Assembly (NCBI GenBank): GCA_963707025.1
Contig: CAVPOM010000006.1
Span: 160,001-224,000 of the forward strand
Reading direction: 5' to 3'
Length of the DNA stretch: 64,000 bases
Origin: an uncultured Verrucomicrobiae bacterium
Lineage (GTDB): Bacteria; Verrucomicrobiota; Verrucomicrobiia; Limisphaerales; Palsa-1400
This document shows, in pieces, positions 21,962-31,862 of the stretch (positions are counted from its first letter, which is position 1; each line of letters starts with the position of its first letter). Below the pieces are notes generated by a model. That model had not been told where the DNA came from. It did no database searches and saw nothing but the letters and a program-made list of their open reading frames with translations. Position numbers and translations under genes: made by a program.

Positions 21962-22445
21962 TAAAATGAAGAATGCAAAATGCAAAATGCAGTCGCAGAA
22001 CTTCGCGGGTGCAGGACTTAATGCTTCGCGGCTCGCCCTCATCCTAACCTTCTCCCCCGGGAGAAGGAACAGACATCGCCCCCCGGCCTGGGCGCACGCG
22101 CCTCCGGCAAATTCCGGCGCCGGCCTTTCGCGAGGGCGGCGGATGTTCCACCCTCTCCTGGAGGAGAGGGGCGGGGTGAGGTCGAGCTTTTCGACTGACT
22201 TGGCTTTTTGGTTCGCCCTCATCCTAACCTTCTCCCCCGGGAGAAGGAACAGACATCGCCCGCGCCGCAAGGAAAGGGCGGGACCAAGCTGCCGGGTATG
22301 CCAAACCTATATACGCCATGTAGTTATTCTGCCTGCACGACGGCTTTCGAGGAAGAACTATGTCCTGCACCCAACCTCGCAAAACGCGCCCGGCCCGGGG
22401 GCTTCCTTGCGGTTTGATGCATTTATCATTTTGCATTTTGCCTTT
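21962..22445. repeat. BIME-like REP cluster bracketed by inverted heptamer repeats
   Basis: Identical 49-mers at 22033-22081 and 22213-22261, inverted relative at ~22151-22181; (AAAATGC)n at 21963-21990 and (GCATTTT)n at 22419-22445. Confidence 0.8.
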
Positions 22446-22466
22446 GTTTTAATACCGTTGTCCGAA

Positions 22467-23249
22467 ATGAAAGTTGTCATTTTGTGCGGCGGCAAGGGTA
22501 CTCGATTGCGCGAGGAAACCGAGTATCGCCCCAAACCGATGGTGCCCATCGGCGACCGGCCCATCCTCTGGCATATCATGAAGATTTATGCCACCCACGG
22601 CTACAACGAATTCATCCTTTGCCTGGGTTACAAGGGCGACATGATCAAGGACTTCTTCCGCAATTACCACTGGATGACCAGCGATGTCACCCTTTCCCTG
22701 GGGCAGCCGGCTTCGGCCAAATTTCACCAGCACCACTCCGAGGAGGATTGGCGCGTCACCCTCGCCGATACCGGCCAGGAAACCATGACCGGCGGCCGCA
22801 TCAACCGCATCCGCCATTACCTGGGCCAGGACACCGAGTTCTTTCTCACCTACGGCGATTGCGTGGGCAACATTGACATCAAGGCCGCCCTCCAATTCCA
22901 CCGCGAACACGGCAAAAAACTCACCCTCACCGCGGTGCGCCCGCCCGGCCGCTTTGGCGAACTGGCCGTGGATGGCCAGAGCCGCGTCACCCAATTCAAC
23001 GAGAAGCCCCAAGCCGCCGAAGGCCGCATCAACGGCGGCTTCTTCGTCGCCTCCACCCGGATTTTCGATCTCCTGCGCGACGGCGACGGCATGATGTTCG
23101 AGCAGGAACCGATGCTGGCCCTGGCCCGGGAAGGCCAGCTCATGGCCTGGCAGCACAACGCTTTCTGGCAGCCCATGGATACCTTCCAGGAGTTCACCCT
23201 CCTCAACAAAATGTGGGCCGAGGGCAAAGCCCCCTGGAAAATCTGGTAA
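22467..23249 (+). CDS. rfbF: Glucose-1-phosphate cytidylyltransferase
   Basis: MKVVILCGGKGTRLREETEYRPKPMV, DTGQETMTGGR, INGGFF, FWQPMDT, APWKIW. Confidence 0.95.
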   Translation: MKVVILCGGKGTRLREETEYRPKPMVPIGDRPILWHIMKIYATHGYNEFILCLGYKGDMIKDFFRNYHWMTSDVTLSLGQPASAKFHQHHSEEDWRVTLADTGQETMTGGRINRIRHYLGQDTEFFLTYGDCVGNIDIKAALQFHREHGKKLTLTAVRPPGRFGELAVDGQSRVTQFNEKPQAAEGRINGGFFVASTRIFDLLRDGDGMMFEQEPMLALAREGQLMAWQHNAFWQPMDTFQEFTLLNKMWAEGKAPWKIW

Positions 23250-23254
23250 CCGGC

Positions 23255-24326
23255 ATGCAACCGAATTTAACCGACGATGCCCGGCGCGTCATCGCTGAGT
23301 TAGGCCCGCTCAACCAGCGCTTTGCCGGGAAAACCATTCTTCTCACCGGCGCCGCCGGTTTTTTGGGCTGCCACTTCATCCATTATTTCCTGGCCCTGAA
23401 CGATTCCTGCCTGGCCGACAAACCGTGCCGCCTGCTGGCCTGGGACAATTTCGCCCGCGGCACCCCCCTCTGGCTGGAGTCCATCCTGCCGCGCCCCGAC
23501 TTGCTCTGCCAGGCGCGCGACATCGTGCAAAAGCAGGCCCTCGACCCGGTGGATTTCATCATCCACGCCGCCTCCATCGCCTCGCCCTTTTTTTATCGCC
23601 AACATCCCATCCAAACCATGGACGCCAACGTCATCGGCCTGCGCCATTTGCTCGACGCGGCAGTGGCCCGCCCGGTGGAGAGCTTCCTGTTCTTTTCCAC
23701 CAGCGAGATTTACGGCGACCCCGACCCGGCCAACATCCCCACCAAAGAGACTTATCGCGGCAACGTCAGTTGCACCGGCCCGCGCAGTTGCTACGACGAA
23801 TCCAAGCGCTACGGCGAAACCTTGTGCGTCAATTTCTGGCAAGTCCATAAAGTCCCCGTCAAAATCGTCCGGCCCTTCAACAACTATGGGCCCGGCCTGA
23901 AGATTTCCGACCGCCGCGTTCTGCCCGATTTCTTCCGCGACGTTCCTGGCCGGCCGCAACATCGTCCTCCTCTCCGACGGCCGCGCCACCCGCACCTTCT
24001 GTTACATCTCCGACGCCCTCAGCGGCTATCTGCGCGCCCTGCTCAGTCCCCATCACGGCGAGTCCTTCAACATCGGCGCCGACGCCCCCGAAATCTCCAT
24101 GCGCGAGCTGGCCGGCCTAGTCATCAAAGTATCCGGCCGGCCCTTGCGCGTCGAGCACCGTCAAAGCGACGACCCGGAATACCTGGCCGACAACCCCCGG
24201 CGCCGCTGTCCCTGCCTTGAAAAAACCCGCCGCTTGCTCGCCTACGAACCCCGCGTCCCCTTGTCCACCGGTCTGGAGCGCATGTATCAGTACTACCTGG
24301 CCAACCCCGTCGCCGAGGACAAGTGA
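23255..24326 (+). CDS. NAD-dependent epimerase/dehydratase (UDP-glucuronate decarboxylase-like), frameshift at ~23945
   Basis: TGAAGFLG, HAASIASP, STSEIYG, RSCYDESKR, RPFNNYGP; continues ATRTFCYISD...FNIG in the next frame. Confidence 0.88.
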
Positions 24327-24544
24327 CCCCGCCCGCAATTCATCCCACCGGGATAAAATCATGCAGCCCAACTGACCCCGTCCGCAATTCATTCCAACGG
24401 GATAAAACCATTCAGCCCAACTGACCCCGTCCGCAATTCATTCCAACGGGTTAAAATCGTTCAGCCCACCTGACCGCGCCCGCAATTTATCCCACCGGGA
24501 TAAAATCATTCAGCCCAGGGTTGTGAGGCACGAACTACCCTGGG
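24324..24544 (+). repeat. Four tandem 49-bp units running into a REP-like hairpin
   Basis: Units start at 24324, 24373, 24422, 24471 (TGACCCCG.CCGCAATTCAT.CCA.CGGGATAAAA.C.TTCAGCCCA..); the last continues CCCAGGGTTG...CTACCCTGGG. Confidence 0.9.
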
Positions 24545-24774
24545 GGACCGCACAACAAGTCCATCAAACCTGAAAGGTTTGAATCAAACCCCTCCGAAAC
24601 CGATGTGAAGGGGTGTGAATGCGTCAAGCCCGGAATTCTGAAATATAACCATAATCAAGTCGCGGCGGTGTTACGTTCGCCACCATGTGCAACCCATATT
24701 CAGCTTTCCGGGCTTGACCCCGTTATGGTCCTTTTTCGCTTGCCAAAGGTGGCTGAAAGAAAGAAATTCTTACC

Positions 24775-25008
24775 ATGACAAGCACAGTGACCAGCAAAGG
24801 CCAGACGGTGGTGCCGAAGGCGTTGCGGGAGCGATTCAATATAAAGTCCGGCGCGACGTTAGACTGGCAGGCAGACGGACCATCTTTGCGCGTGATCAAG
24901 CTGGAACCCCGCCGGGCAGCAAGCTTTCTGGAAGGGTTGCGCCGCTTGGGCCGTGTGCCGGCAGGGCCGCGCGACAAACGCCAGGTCCAACCACTTAAGG
25001 AAGCATGA
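24775..25008 (+). CDS. AbrB/MazE-type antitoxin
   Basis: STVTSKGQTVVPKALRERFNIKSG. Confidence 0.88.
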   Translation: MTSTVTSKGQTVVPKALRERFNIKSGATLDWQADGPSLRVIKLEPRRAASFLEGLRRLGRVPAGPRDKRQVQPLKEA

Positions 25009-25412
25009 GATACCTCTTGGACACAAATGTTGTCAGCGAGGTGTCGAAAAAGCGCCCCTCTGGAAAAGTTCTCAATTTCCTTCAAGCCAACGAGGCCCAA
25101 TGCGTGGTCGCAGCCATCGTGGTGGCGGAACGGTATCACGGCGCCAACACCGCGCCGCCAGACCAGAGGGCCGCCCTGTTGAAGGTGGTGCATGAATTCC
25201 GGGATGAGTTTGCCGATCGGATTCTGCCATTCGATGCGGCGGCGGCGGAAACTTGGGGAGCCTATGTCAGCCGTTCCACGCTCAGAAACCGGCCGCGTTC
25301 CTACCCGGATACGCAGATCGCCGCGATTGCGCTCACTCATAACCTCACCGTGGTGACGCGCAACACCGAAGACTTCCCCGAAGTGGATACGCTCAATCCC
25401 TTCGACCATTGA
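25005..25412 (+). CDS. vapC: VapC PIN toxin
   Basis: YLLDTNVVSE, DTQIAAIA, VVTRNTEDF. Confidence 0.92.
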   Translation: MRYLLDTNVVSEVSKKRPSGKVLNFLQANEAQCVVAAIVVAERYHGANTAPPDQRAALLKVVHEFRDEFADRILPFDAAAAETWGAYVSRSTLRNRPRSYPDTQIAAIALTHNLTVVTRNTEDFPEVDTLNPFDH

Positions 25413-25534
25413 GTTTTGACCCCATCAAATCAAAGCTGAAGGAAGTCCACAGGCTCTAAATGTCACTTTTCCAGGACTGACCCCTCGGCCCTCACGCTCG
25501 GCAAAGGGGGCAGAGGTGCGCTGGATCCGTTACA

Positions 25535-25885
25535 GGTTCTTCGCTGTTTTCAGTGGAATACCGGACGGACCTGAAGAAGGTCTCATTCGGTTTTGCCAAT
25601 CCCAACGGGATTGAATCTATCAGCCCAGCGTTGCGAGCAACGAGCTACGCTGGGTGAAAAGACCGATAAACCACTACCCTGAATGGGTTGAATCTGTTTC
25701 GTAAACCTTTGTGCTGCAACCCCCTTCAGGGTATTGGAACTTGCCTGCAATAACCCAGGGTAGTCCCTCTCGGAATCGGGCCAACCCTGGGCTATATGAT
25801 TCAATCCCTTCGGGATTGAAGACAGGGCCATTTGCAGCGAGCGCAAAGACGGCATGTTTTATTCCACTGAAAACAGCGAAGAACC
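25535..25885. mobile_element. 351-bp MITE with perfect 26-bp TIRs, 8-bp direct flanks and an internal REP pair
   Basis: GGTTCTTCGCTGTTTTCAGTGGAATA (25535-25560) / TATTCCACTGAAAACAGCGAAGAACC (25860-25885); CCGTTACA at 25527-34 and 25886-93. Confidence 0.9.
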
Positions 25886-26114
25886 CCGTTACACCGATAT
25901 ACTTGTTGATAATCATGGACTTACGTTGATGGGACCCGTTACATACCCGTTACAACCCGTTACATTTTGTTTCAAATTTTGGCGCCGGGCGTGTTCTTGG
26001 GTGAGTGGTAGTGTTTTGCCGGTTACAACCGTTACACCGTTACACATGTTGATTATCAAGGGTTTATATTTTGCCCACCCGTTACATTGCCGTTACAACC
26101 CGTTACATCTTGTT
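25886..26114 (+). repeat. GTTACA array (10 copies) arranged as two related ~85-bp blocks
   Basis: GTTACA at 25888, 25938, 25949, 25959, 26022, 26031, 26039, 26081, 26092, 26102; each block contains TGTTGAT(A/T)ATCA. Confidence 0.9.
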
Positions 26115-26319
26115 GCATTCCGGCCTGCTTGTTCCCTGGCTCCTCTTGCTTTTTCTCCGGCTCACCTTCCCTGATTGAGTGGGTGAGGCGTTTCCTCCAC
26201 CCAATGGTGGTAGTATCAAAGCGCGCGCCCTTCCACCAAACGAAGATTCAGGGACTTGCATACACACGAATTATCTGTATGATGTGTATATGACGAAAAG
26301 AACCAACATTGTTTTGGAT

Positions 26320-27769
26320 CACACCCGTCTCATAAGGGGAAAAGTCTGGTGCTGACCTGTTCATTTGCAAGGGTTTAATTGGTCTTCGGGGTAAAATGAG
26401 ATTTTGATTTTTCCGAGTTTGGCTTTTGGGTTTGGTATGCGCCTGTTTGGGCGCGTGTGCTGTCCCATAGCTTTATTGGAAGCCGGGGAAATACGCCTGC
26501 TCGGGCCGCGCCAAGTGGCGAAAGCTGCCGCCTGCTGTCCCATAGCACGCCAGCAAATTGAGCAGATCATATTTCTCCCAGAGCGCCGCCCGCAAAATCG
26601 TGAACAGCCGGGTGAAGCTGTGCGCCCAGTTGGAGAGGTGACTGAGGTAGCGCAACAGCACGTAGGTCAACAGCGCCGTCCACACCTGCCAGCGCACGGC
26701 GTTGGCGTTGTGGCCCAGAAAATCCGCCAACTGCAAGGTCTGCTTGATTTGTTTGAAGAAGACTTCGATCTGCCAGCGGCAGCGGTAAAGGTCGGCCACG
26801 CTGCGCGGACTCCACTCCAGGTTGTTGGTCAGGAAGGTCATTTCCCGTTCCTCTCCATCAATCTCGACCAGCGCCACCACCCGGCGCATCAACTCCGGCG
26901 CGGGTTTGTTCTCGTTGCTCAGGACGATCACTTCGTCGCGCAAAATCTTCGGGTCTCTGGAGGCGGGCATTTTCCGCACCACCTCATAGCCCATGTTCTC
27001 CTTGGCCCGCGTCACCCAAAAGACCCCGCGCCCGTCCAAATCCCGCAAGTGGCCGAAGTCCACATAACCCTTGTCGAACAAGGCGATTTCGCCGCTCTTC
27101 AAGTCGGCGCACAGTTCCCGCGCCCGTCGGTTGTCGTGCTCGGCGGCAGTGTCCACAATGACAAAACCGGGCAAAAGATTCTGCAGATTCAACCGCATAT
27201 GGGTTTTGGCGGCGGCCTTGCGCCGGCGGTGCTTGGCCCAGTCCAGGCAGTTGGCCACCAGTTCCATGGTCGTGCTATCAATCACATGGATGGGCATCTT
27301 GAAACGGAAGGCGGGGCCACGGCGCTGGCCCGCGGCAAAGCCGGGCGTCTGTGCTTTCAAATGCTCCAGGACCCGCCAGAAGAGTTGTTCGGCCATCTGG
27401 GCCGGACGCTCCCGGTTGGCGTGGGAGAGGCCGTTGCGGCTGGGGGCGCTGGCGCCGCGCAAAGTGGACAGCGGCCCGGAATGCAATTGCAGCGAGTCGC
27501 ACAGATCGTTGAGTCCGATGCAATGGGTGAGTTGCGCGTCCAGCAAACTGACCGTGTGACTCCACGGACTGAAGGTGCGCGACTTATCCAGAGCCCGGTC
27601 TCCCGCGCTATTTTGGAGACTTCATGCGCAGGAATGAGATTGCAAATCTGGCGCAAAACGTTAAACCGGGACCGTGTCGGTTTGATTTTTTTGTTTTTCA
27701 TGCCTGCCTTGTGGCAGGTTCAAATGGTCAAGCCAACACTTTTTTCCAATTTCCTGTGGGATGGCTGTG
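26320..27769 (-). mobile_element. IS4-family insertion sequence, copy 1 (1450 bp)
   Basis: Imperfect TIRs CACACCCGTCTCATA / CACAGCCATCCCACA; 9-bp TSD GTTTTGGAT at 26311-19 and 27770-78. Confidence 0.92.
26473..27701 (-). CDS. IS4-family DDE transposase (frameshift near 27590)
   Basis: VIDSTT, FDKGY, YRCRWQIEVFFKQIKQ (YREK motif); N-terminus MKNKKIKP... lies in a different frame. Confidence 0.9.
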
Positions 27770-28071
27770 GTTTTGGATGAATCGTTGGTCCGCCGCGGAT
27801 TGAAGGCCACGGGCCTCAAAACCCGGCGCGCCCTGGTGCATCGGGCCTTGCAGGAATTGGTGCGGCGTGAGAAGCAGACCGGCCTGCTCTCGCTTCGCGG
27901 CGGCGTCCGCTGGACGGGCAATCTGGCGGCGATGCGCCGAGGCAAGATTGTGCTTCAAAAGTCCGTGGAAGCCTTCCCTCGCGGCAGTCTCGTCAAGTAC
28001 CTCACGGCAGAACGGGACAAAGGGCAAATCGCGATACTCTCCGGCTGTGTCCAGGGACCTATCGAATCCAA

Positions 28072-28131
28072 GTGAAAGACCAGTTTGATGTCTGGCGGTA
28101 TAAATTCCAGGACAAGGGAGGCGAGCATCCG
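28072..28131 (+). pseudogene. N-terminal fragment of a probable PemK/MazF-like toxin
   Basis: GTG overlaps the antitoxin TGA; MKDQFDVWRYKFQDKGGEHP, then the sequence switches to the MITE. Confidence 0.5.
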
Positions 28132-28142
28132 GAAAGGGGTCG

Positions 28143-28253
28143 AAAGGGGTCAGTTAATATTTTAATATAACCGTTGATGCCGAATGCCCGCTTTGGAATT
28201 CAGTGGGCAGTGCGAATTCTCAAAATATGACAATACCATTAACTGACCCCTTT
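28143..28253. mobile_element. ~110-bp MITE (GGGTCAG family), copy A
   Basis: Perfect 16-bp IR AAAGGGGTCAGTTAAT / ATTAACTGACCCCTTT; homologous along its length to 46712-46817. Confidence 0.88.
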
Positions 28254-28318
28254 TCTGAAAACAGCGAAGAACCTAACTAAGCGCCATTCGGAACTGACCC
28301 CTTTTTCTTTACTTTAAG

Positions 28319-28468
28319 CTAAGTCACAGGAAGCGCAAAGCGGTCTAATTGACGACACAGGTTTGGAACTACGTGTCTTCTGTTCCGAAAACACCCTGCG
28401 ATCTGCTTAAGCCTAGGACGACCATGTTTTGGTTCGTCTTCCTTTGGCGTTGCCAATTCAAATTCTGC
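28319..28468 (-). pseudogene. KAP NTPase C-terminal fragment
   Basis: AEFELATPKEDEPK...PNLCRQLDRFALPVT* continues the ...CCIMSE frame across IS3 copy 1; low GC. Confidence 0.6.
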
Positions 28469-29962
28469 TGAGCTGGACCCCTATTTTTAGACCACAGGTA
28501 AGTTTCGATTTTTGCCGGTTTGCTGTAGATAAGAAAGAGCAGACTTATGAAAGCAAAACGGAAAAGACACAGTGCGGCCTTCAAGGCCAAAGTGGGATTC
28601 GAAGCCCTGGTGGGGCTGAAGACGGTCGCGCAATTGGCGCGAGAGTATGCGGTGCATCCGGCGCAGGTCACGCAGTGGCGGGCGACGATTCGGGATCACA
28701 TGCCCGAATTGTTTGAGCCCGGGCAACCCCGCACGGAGGATCAGGAACAGTTGATTGCCCAACTGCATGAGAAGATTGGCCAACTGACGGTGGACTTGGA
28801 CTGGCTTAAAAAAAAGTCCAGGCAACTGGGGCTTTAACATGTTTAATCGCTCCCGATCCGCAGCTCAGCGTGCGGCGCCAGTGCGAGCTGCTGGCGGTGT
28901 GCCGTGGCAGTTATTATTACCAGTGCTGTCCGGAGACAGAGGAGAACCTGGCGCTGATGCGGCGGTTGGACCAGATGCATTTGGACCACCCGGTTTATGG
29001 CAGCCGCAAACTGACCGTGCTGTTGCGCCGGGAGGGTTTGACCATCAATCGCAAACGGGTGGTGCGGCTGCTGCGGTTGATGGGGATCGAGGCGATTTAC
29101 GCCAAGCCCAAGACGAGTCTGCGGGAGATGGGGCACCAGATTTATCCGTATCTGTTACGCAATTTGGCAGTGACGGGACCGGATCAGGTTTGGTGTTCGG
29201 ACATTACGTATGTGCCTATGGCAACTGGGTTTATGTATTTGGTGGCGGTGATGGATTGGTGGAGTCGTTACGTGCTGGGATGGCGCTTGAGCAACACGTT
29301 GGAGGCGGACTTTTGTGTGGACGCTTGGGAGGCGGCGTTGCGGGCGGGGCGTCAGGCGCCGTTGATTTCCAATACCGACCAGGGATCGCAGTTCACCTCC
29401 CCGATGTTTATCGATGCGGTGGAATCGGCGGGGGTGGACGTGAGCATGGACGGACGGGGTCGCTGGATGGACAACCGGTTTATCGAGCGGCTGTGGCGGA
29501 GCGCCAAGTATGAGGACATTTATTTGCAAGACTATGGCGACGGGTTGGCGGCAGGGCGCGGACTGGGCCGGTGGTTTGACGGCTACAACCGGGAACGACC
29601 GCACCAGGCGTTGGGCTATGCGACGCCGGCGGACGCGTATTTTGATCCCGGCACGCATGGAGCCCAACCGGCCAAATGGGAAGCGATGCAACCTGCCAGA
29701 GGCAGGAGCGATCGCAGCACTTGACAGAGAGGCAGGCGGCAGGAAAAGGCTTGAAATCAGACCGCCTGCGGCGGTAGAGTTGAGAACCCTAAGAAAACGG
29801 AGAGGGAGGACGGGCAGTGCTCCGCATCGCTCGTTCTCTCTTTTCGAAAGGGTTTTGAAACACGGAATGAACAGTAGTCAACTACAATTAGTAATGACAG
29901 CAATCGGCAAAAGTCGCGCTTATTTCATGCGCTCCGTGGTCTAAAGGATGGGGTCCACCTCA
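28469..29962 (+). mobile_element. IS3-family insertion sequence, copy 1 (1494 bp)
   Basis: TG...CA ends; TIRs TGAGCTGGACCCCTATTTTTAGACCAC / TGAGGTGGACCCCATCCTTTAGACCAC. Confidence 0.95.
28547..29724 (+). CDS. IS3 transposase OrfA (28547-28837) / OrfB (to 29724), joined by a -1 frameshift
   Basis: HTH OrfA; OrfB WCSDITY, NTDQGSQF, DNRFIERLWRSAKYE; A8G slippery site at 28808-28816. Confidence 0.93.
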
Positions 29963-30611
29963 GACCTCAGACATGATACAGCATTCCAAAATATCTTTCG
30001 CGTAATCGGGAGCAAAACTGTCTCCTCTAAAAGACATCACATCGAGATTTGTCAGCTCGTAAAAGCTCTTCGCAGAAATGTCGCCTTTACGCATTGAATT
30101 ATACAGTGAGGGTTGCTTTACCTTCAAAACTGAAAGCAGTGCAATTAGGACTTCTGTGTTGTTTTCATTCTCCCCGCCTCCCACTACCGAGGCGTAAAAG
30201 ACAGTCAAAATTCCGAAAACACGTTCGATCTCTCTGAGCGTCAGATTGAAATGGCGAGCAAAATTGACCAAACAAGTGGTCAGGTAGCGACAATTTGGTG
30301 TTCGACTGCTTAATCCATAGTAATTAGCGAGTAGCTGACAATAGTGGTCATTTCCTTTCACGTAAACAAAGCTCCGCTCGATCTGTTCGTTTGGAAGATC
30401 GACAAAAATACTTCCAAATTTGAGCAAGTACGCTTCAGCGTCGAAGGTCCCGTAAACTGTTTTGATGTAGCTTTCGATTTGATCTCGATTGACAAGCAAA
30501 ACGAATACGAGATTGTCAACGTCAAAGAGATGCTTTATGCGTTCGAGCAACTCCAAGGCAAAGCTCGGACGGCAGCGATCGAGTTCGTCCACTATTATTG
30601 TCAAAGGAAAG
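29963..30611 (-). pseudogene. KAP family P-loop NTPase, Walker-B-containing middle fragment
   Basis: PLTIIVDELDRCRPSFALELLERIKHLF, YLLKF; low GC. Confidence 0.88.
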
Positions 30612-31862
30612 CACACCCGTCTCATAAGGGGAAAAGTCTGGTGCTGACCTGTTCATTTGCAAGGGTTTAATTGGTCTTCGGGGTAAAATGAGATTTTGAT
30701 TTTTCCGAGTTTGGCTTTTGGGTTTGGTATGCGCCTGTTTGGGCGCGTGTGCTGTCCCATAGCTTTATTGGAAGCCGGGGAAATACGCCTGCTCGGGCCG
30801 CGCCAAGTGGCGAAAGCTGCCGCCTGCTGTCCCATAGCACGCCAGCAAATTGAGCAGATCATATTTCTCCCAGAGCGCCGCCCGCAAAATCGTGAACAGC
30901 CGGGTGAAGCTGTGCGCCCAGTTGGAGAGGTGACTGAGGTAGCGCAACAGCACGTAGGTCAACAGCGCCGTCCACACCTGCCAGCGCACGGCGTTGGCGT
31001 TGTGGCCCAGAAAATCCGCCAACTGCAAGGTCTGCTTGATTTGTTTGAAGAAGACTTCGATCTGCCAGCGGCAGCGGTAAAGGTCGGCCACGCTGCGCGG
31101 ACTCCACTCCAGGTTGTTGGTCAGGAAGGTCATTTCCCGTTCCTCTCCATCAATCTCGACCAGCGCCACCACCCGGCGCATCAACTCCGGCGCGGGTTTG
31201 TTCTCGTTGCTCAGGACGATCACTTCGTCGCGCAAAATCTTTCGGGTCTCTGGAGGCGGGCATTTTCCGCACCACCTCATAGCCCATGTTCTCCTTGGCC
31301 CGCGTCACCCAAAAGACCCCGCGCCCGTCCAAATCCCGCAAGTGGCCGAAGTCCACATAACCCTTGTCGAACAAGGCGATTTCGCCGCTCTTCAAGTCGG
31401 CGCACAGTTCCCGCGCCCGTCGGTTGTCGTGCTCGGCGGCAGTGTCCACAATGACAAAACCGGGCAAAAGATTCTGCAGATTCAACCGCATATGGGTTTT
31501 GGCGGCGGCCTTGCGCCGGCGGTGCTTGGCCCAGTCCAGGCAGTTGGCCACCAGTTCCATGGTCGTGCTATCAATCACATGGATGGGCATCTTGAAACGG
31601 AAGGCGGGGCCACGGCGCTGGCCCGCGGCAAAGCCGGGCGTCTGTGCTTTCAAATGCTCCAGGACCCGCCAGAAGAGTTGTTCGGCCATCTGGGCCGGAC
31701 GCTCCCGGTTGGCGTGGGAGAGGCCGTTGCGGCTGGGGGCGCTGGCGCCGCGCAAAGTGGACAGCGGCCCGGAATGCAATTGCAGCGAGTCGCACAGATC
31801 GTTGAGTCCGATGCAATGGGTGAGTTGCGCGTCCAGCAAACTGACCGTGTGACTCCACGGAC
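30612..31862 (-). mobile_element. IS4-family copy 2, truncated by IS3 (also a 1-bp indel near 31240)
   Basis: Near-identical to 26320-27569; lacks the transposase 5' end and the right TIR. Confidence 0.92.

Larger units (their letters stand above)
26290..28075 (+). pseudogene. VapB (DUF2191-like RHH) antitoxin interrupted by IS4
   Basis: Removing the IS and one TSD gives MTKRTNIVLDESLVRRGLKATGLKTRRALVHRALQEL...LRGGVRWTGNLAAMR. Confidence 0.85.

Noticed and set aside
22033..22261. Two identical 49-mers as a mini-CRISPR
   Set aside because: Only two copies, a 131-bp gap containing an inverted relative, and the same hairpin occurs elsewhere as a REP
21930..22466. N-terminal extension of rfbF in the ORF track
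   Set aside because: Read-through of REP repeats; the family N-terminus MKVVILCGG starts at 22467
24324..24520. 49-bp repeats as a CRISPR array
   Set aside because: Units are contiguous with no unique spacers, and no cas genes are present
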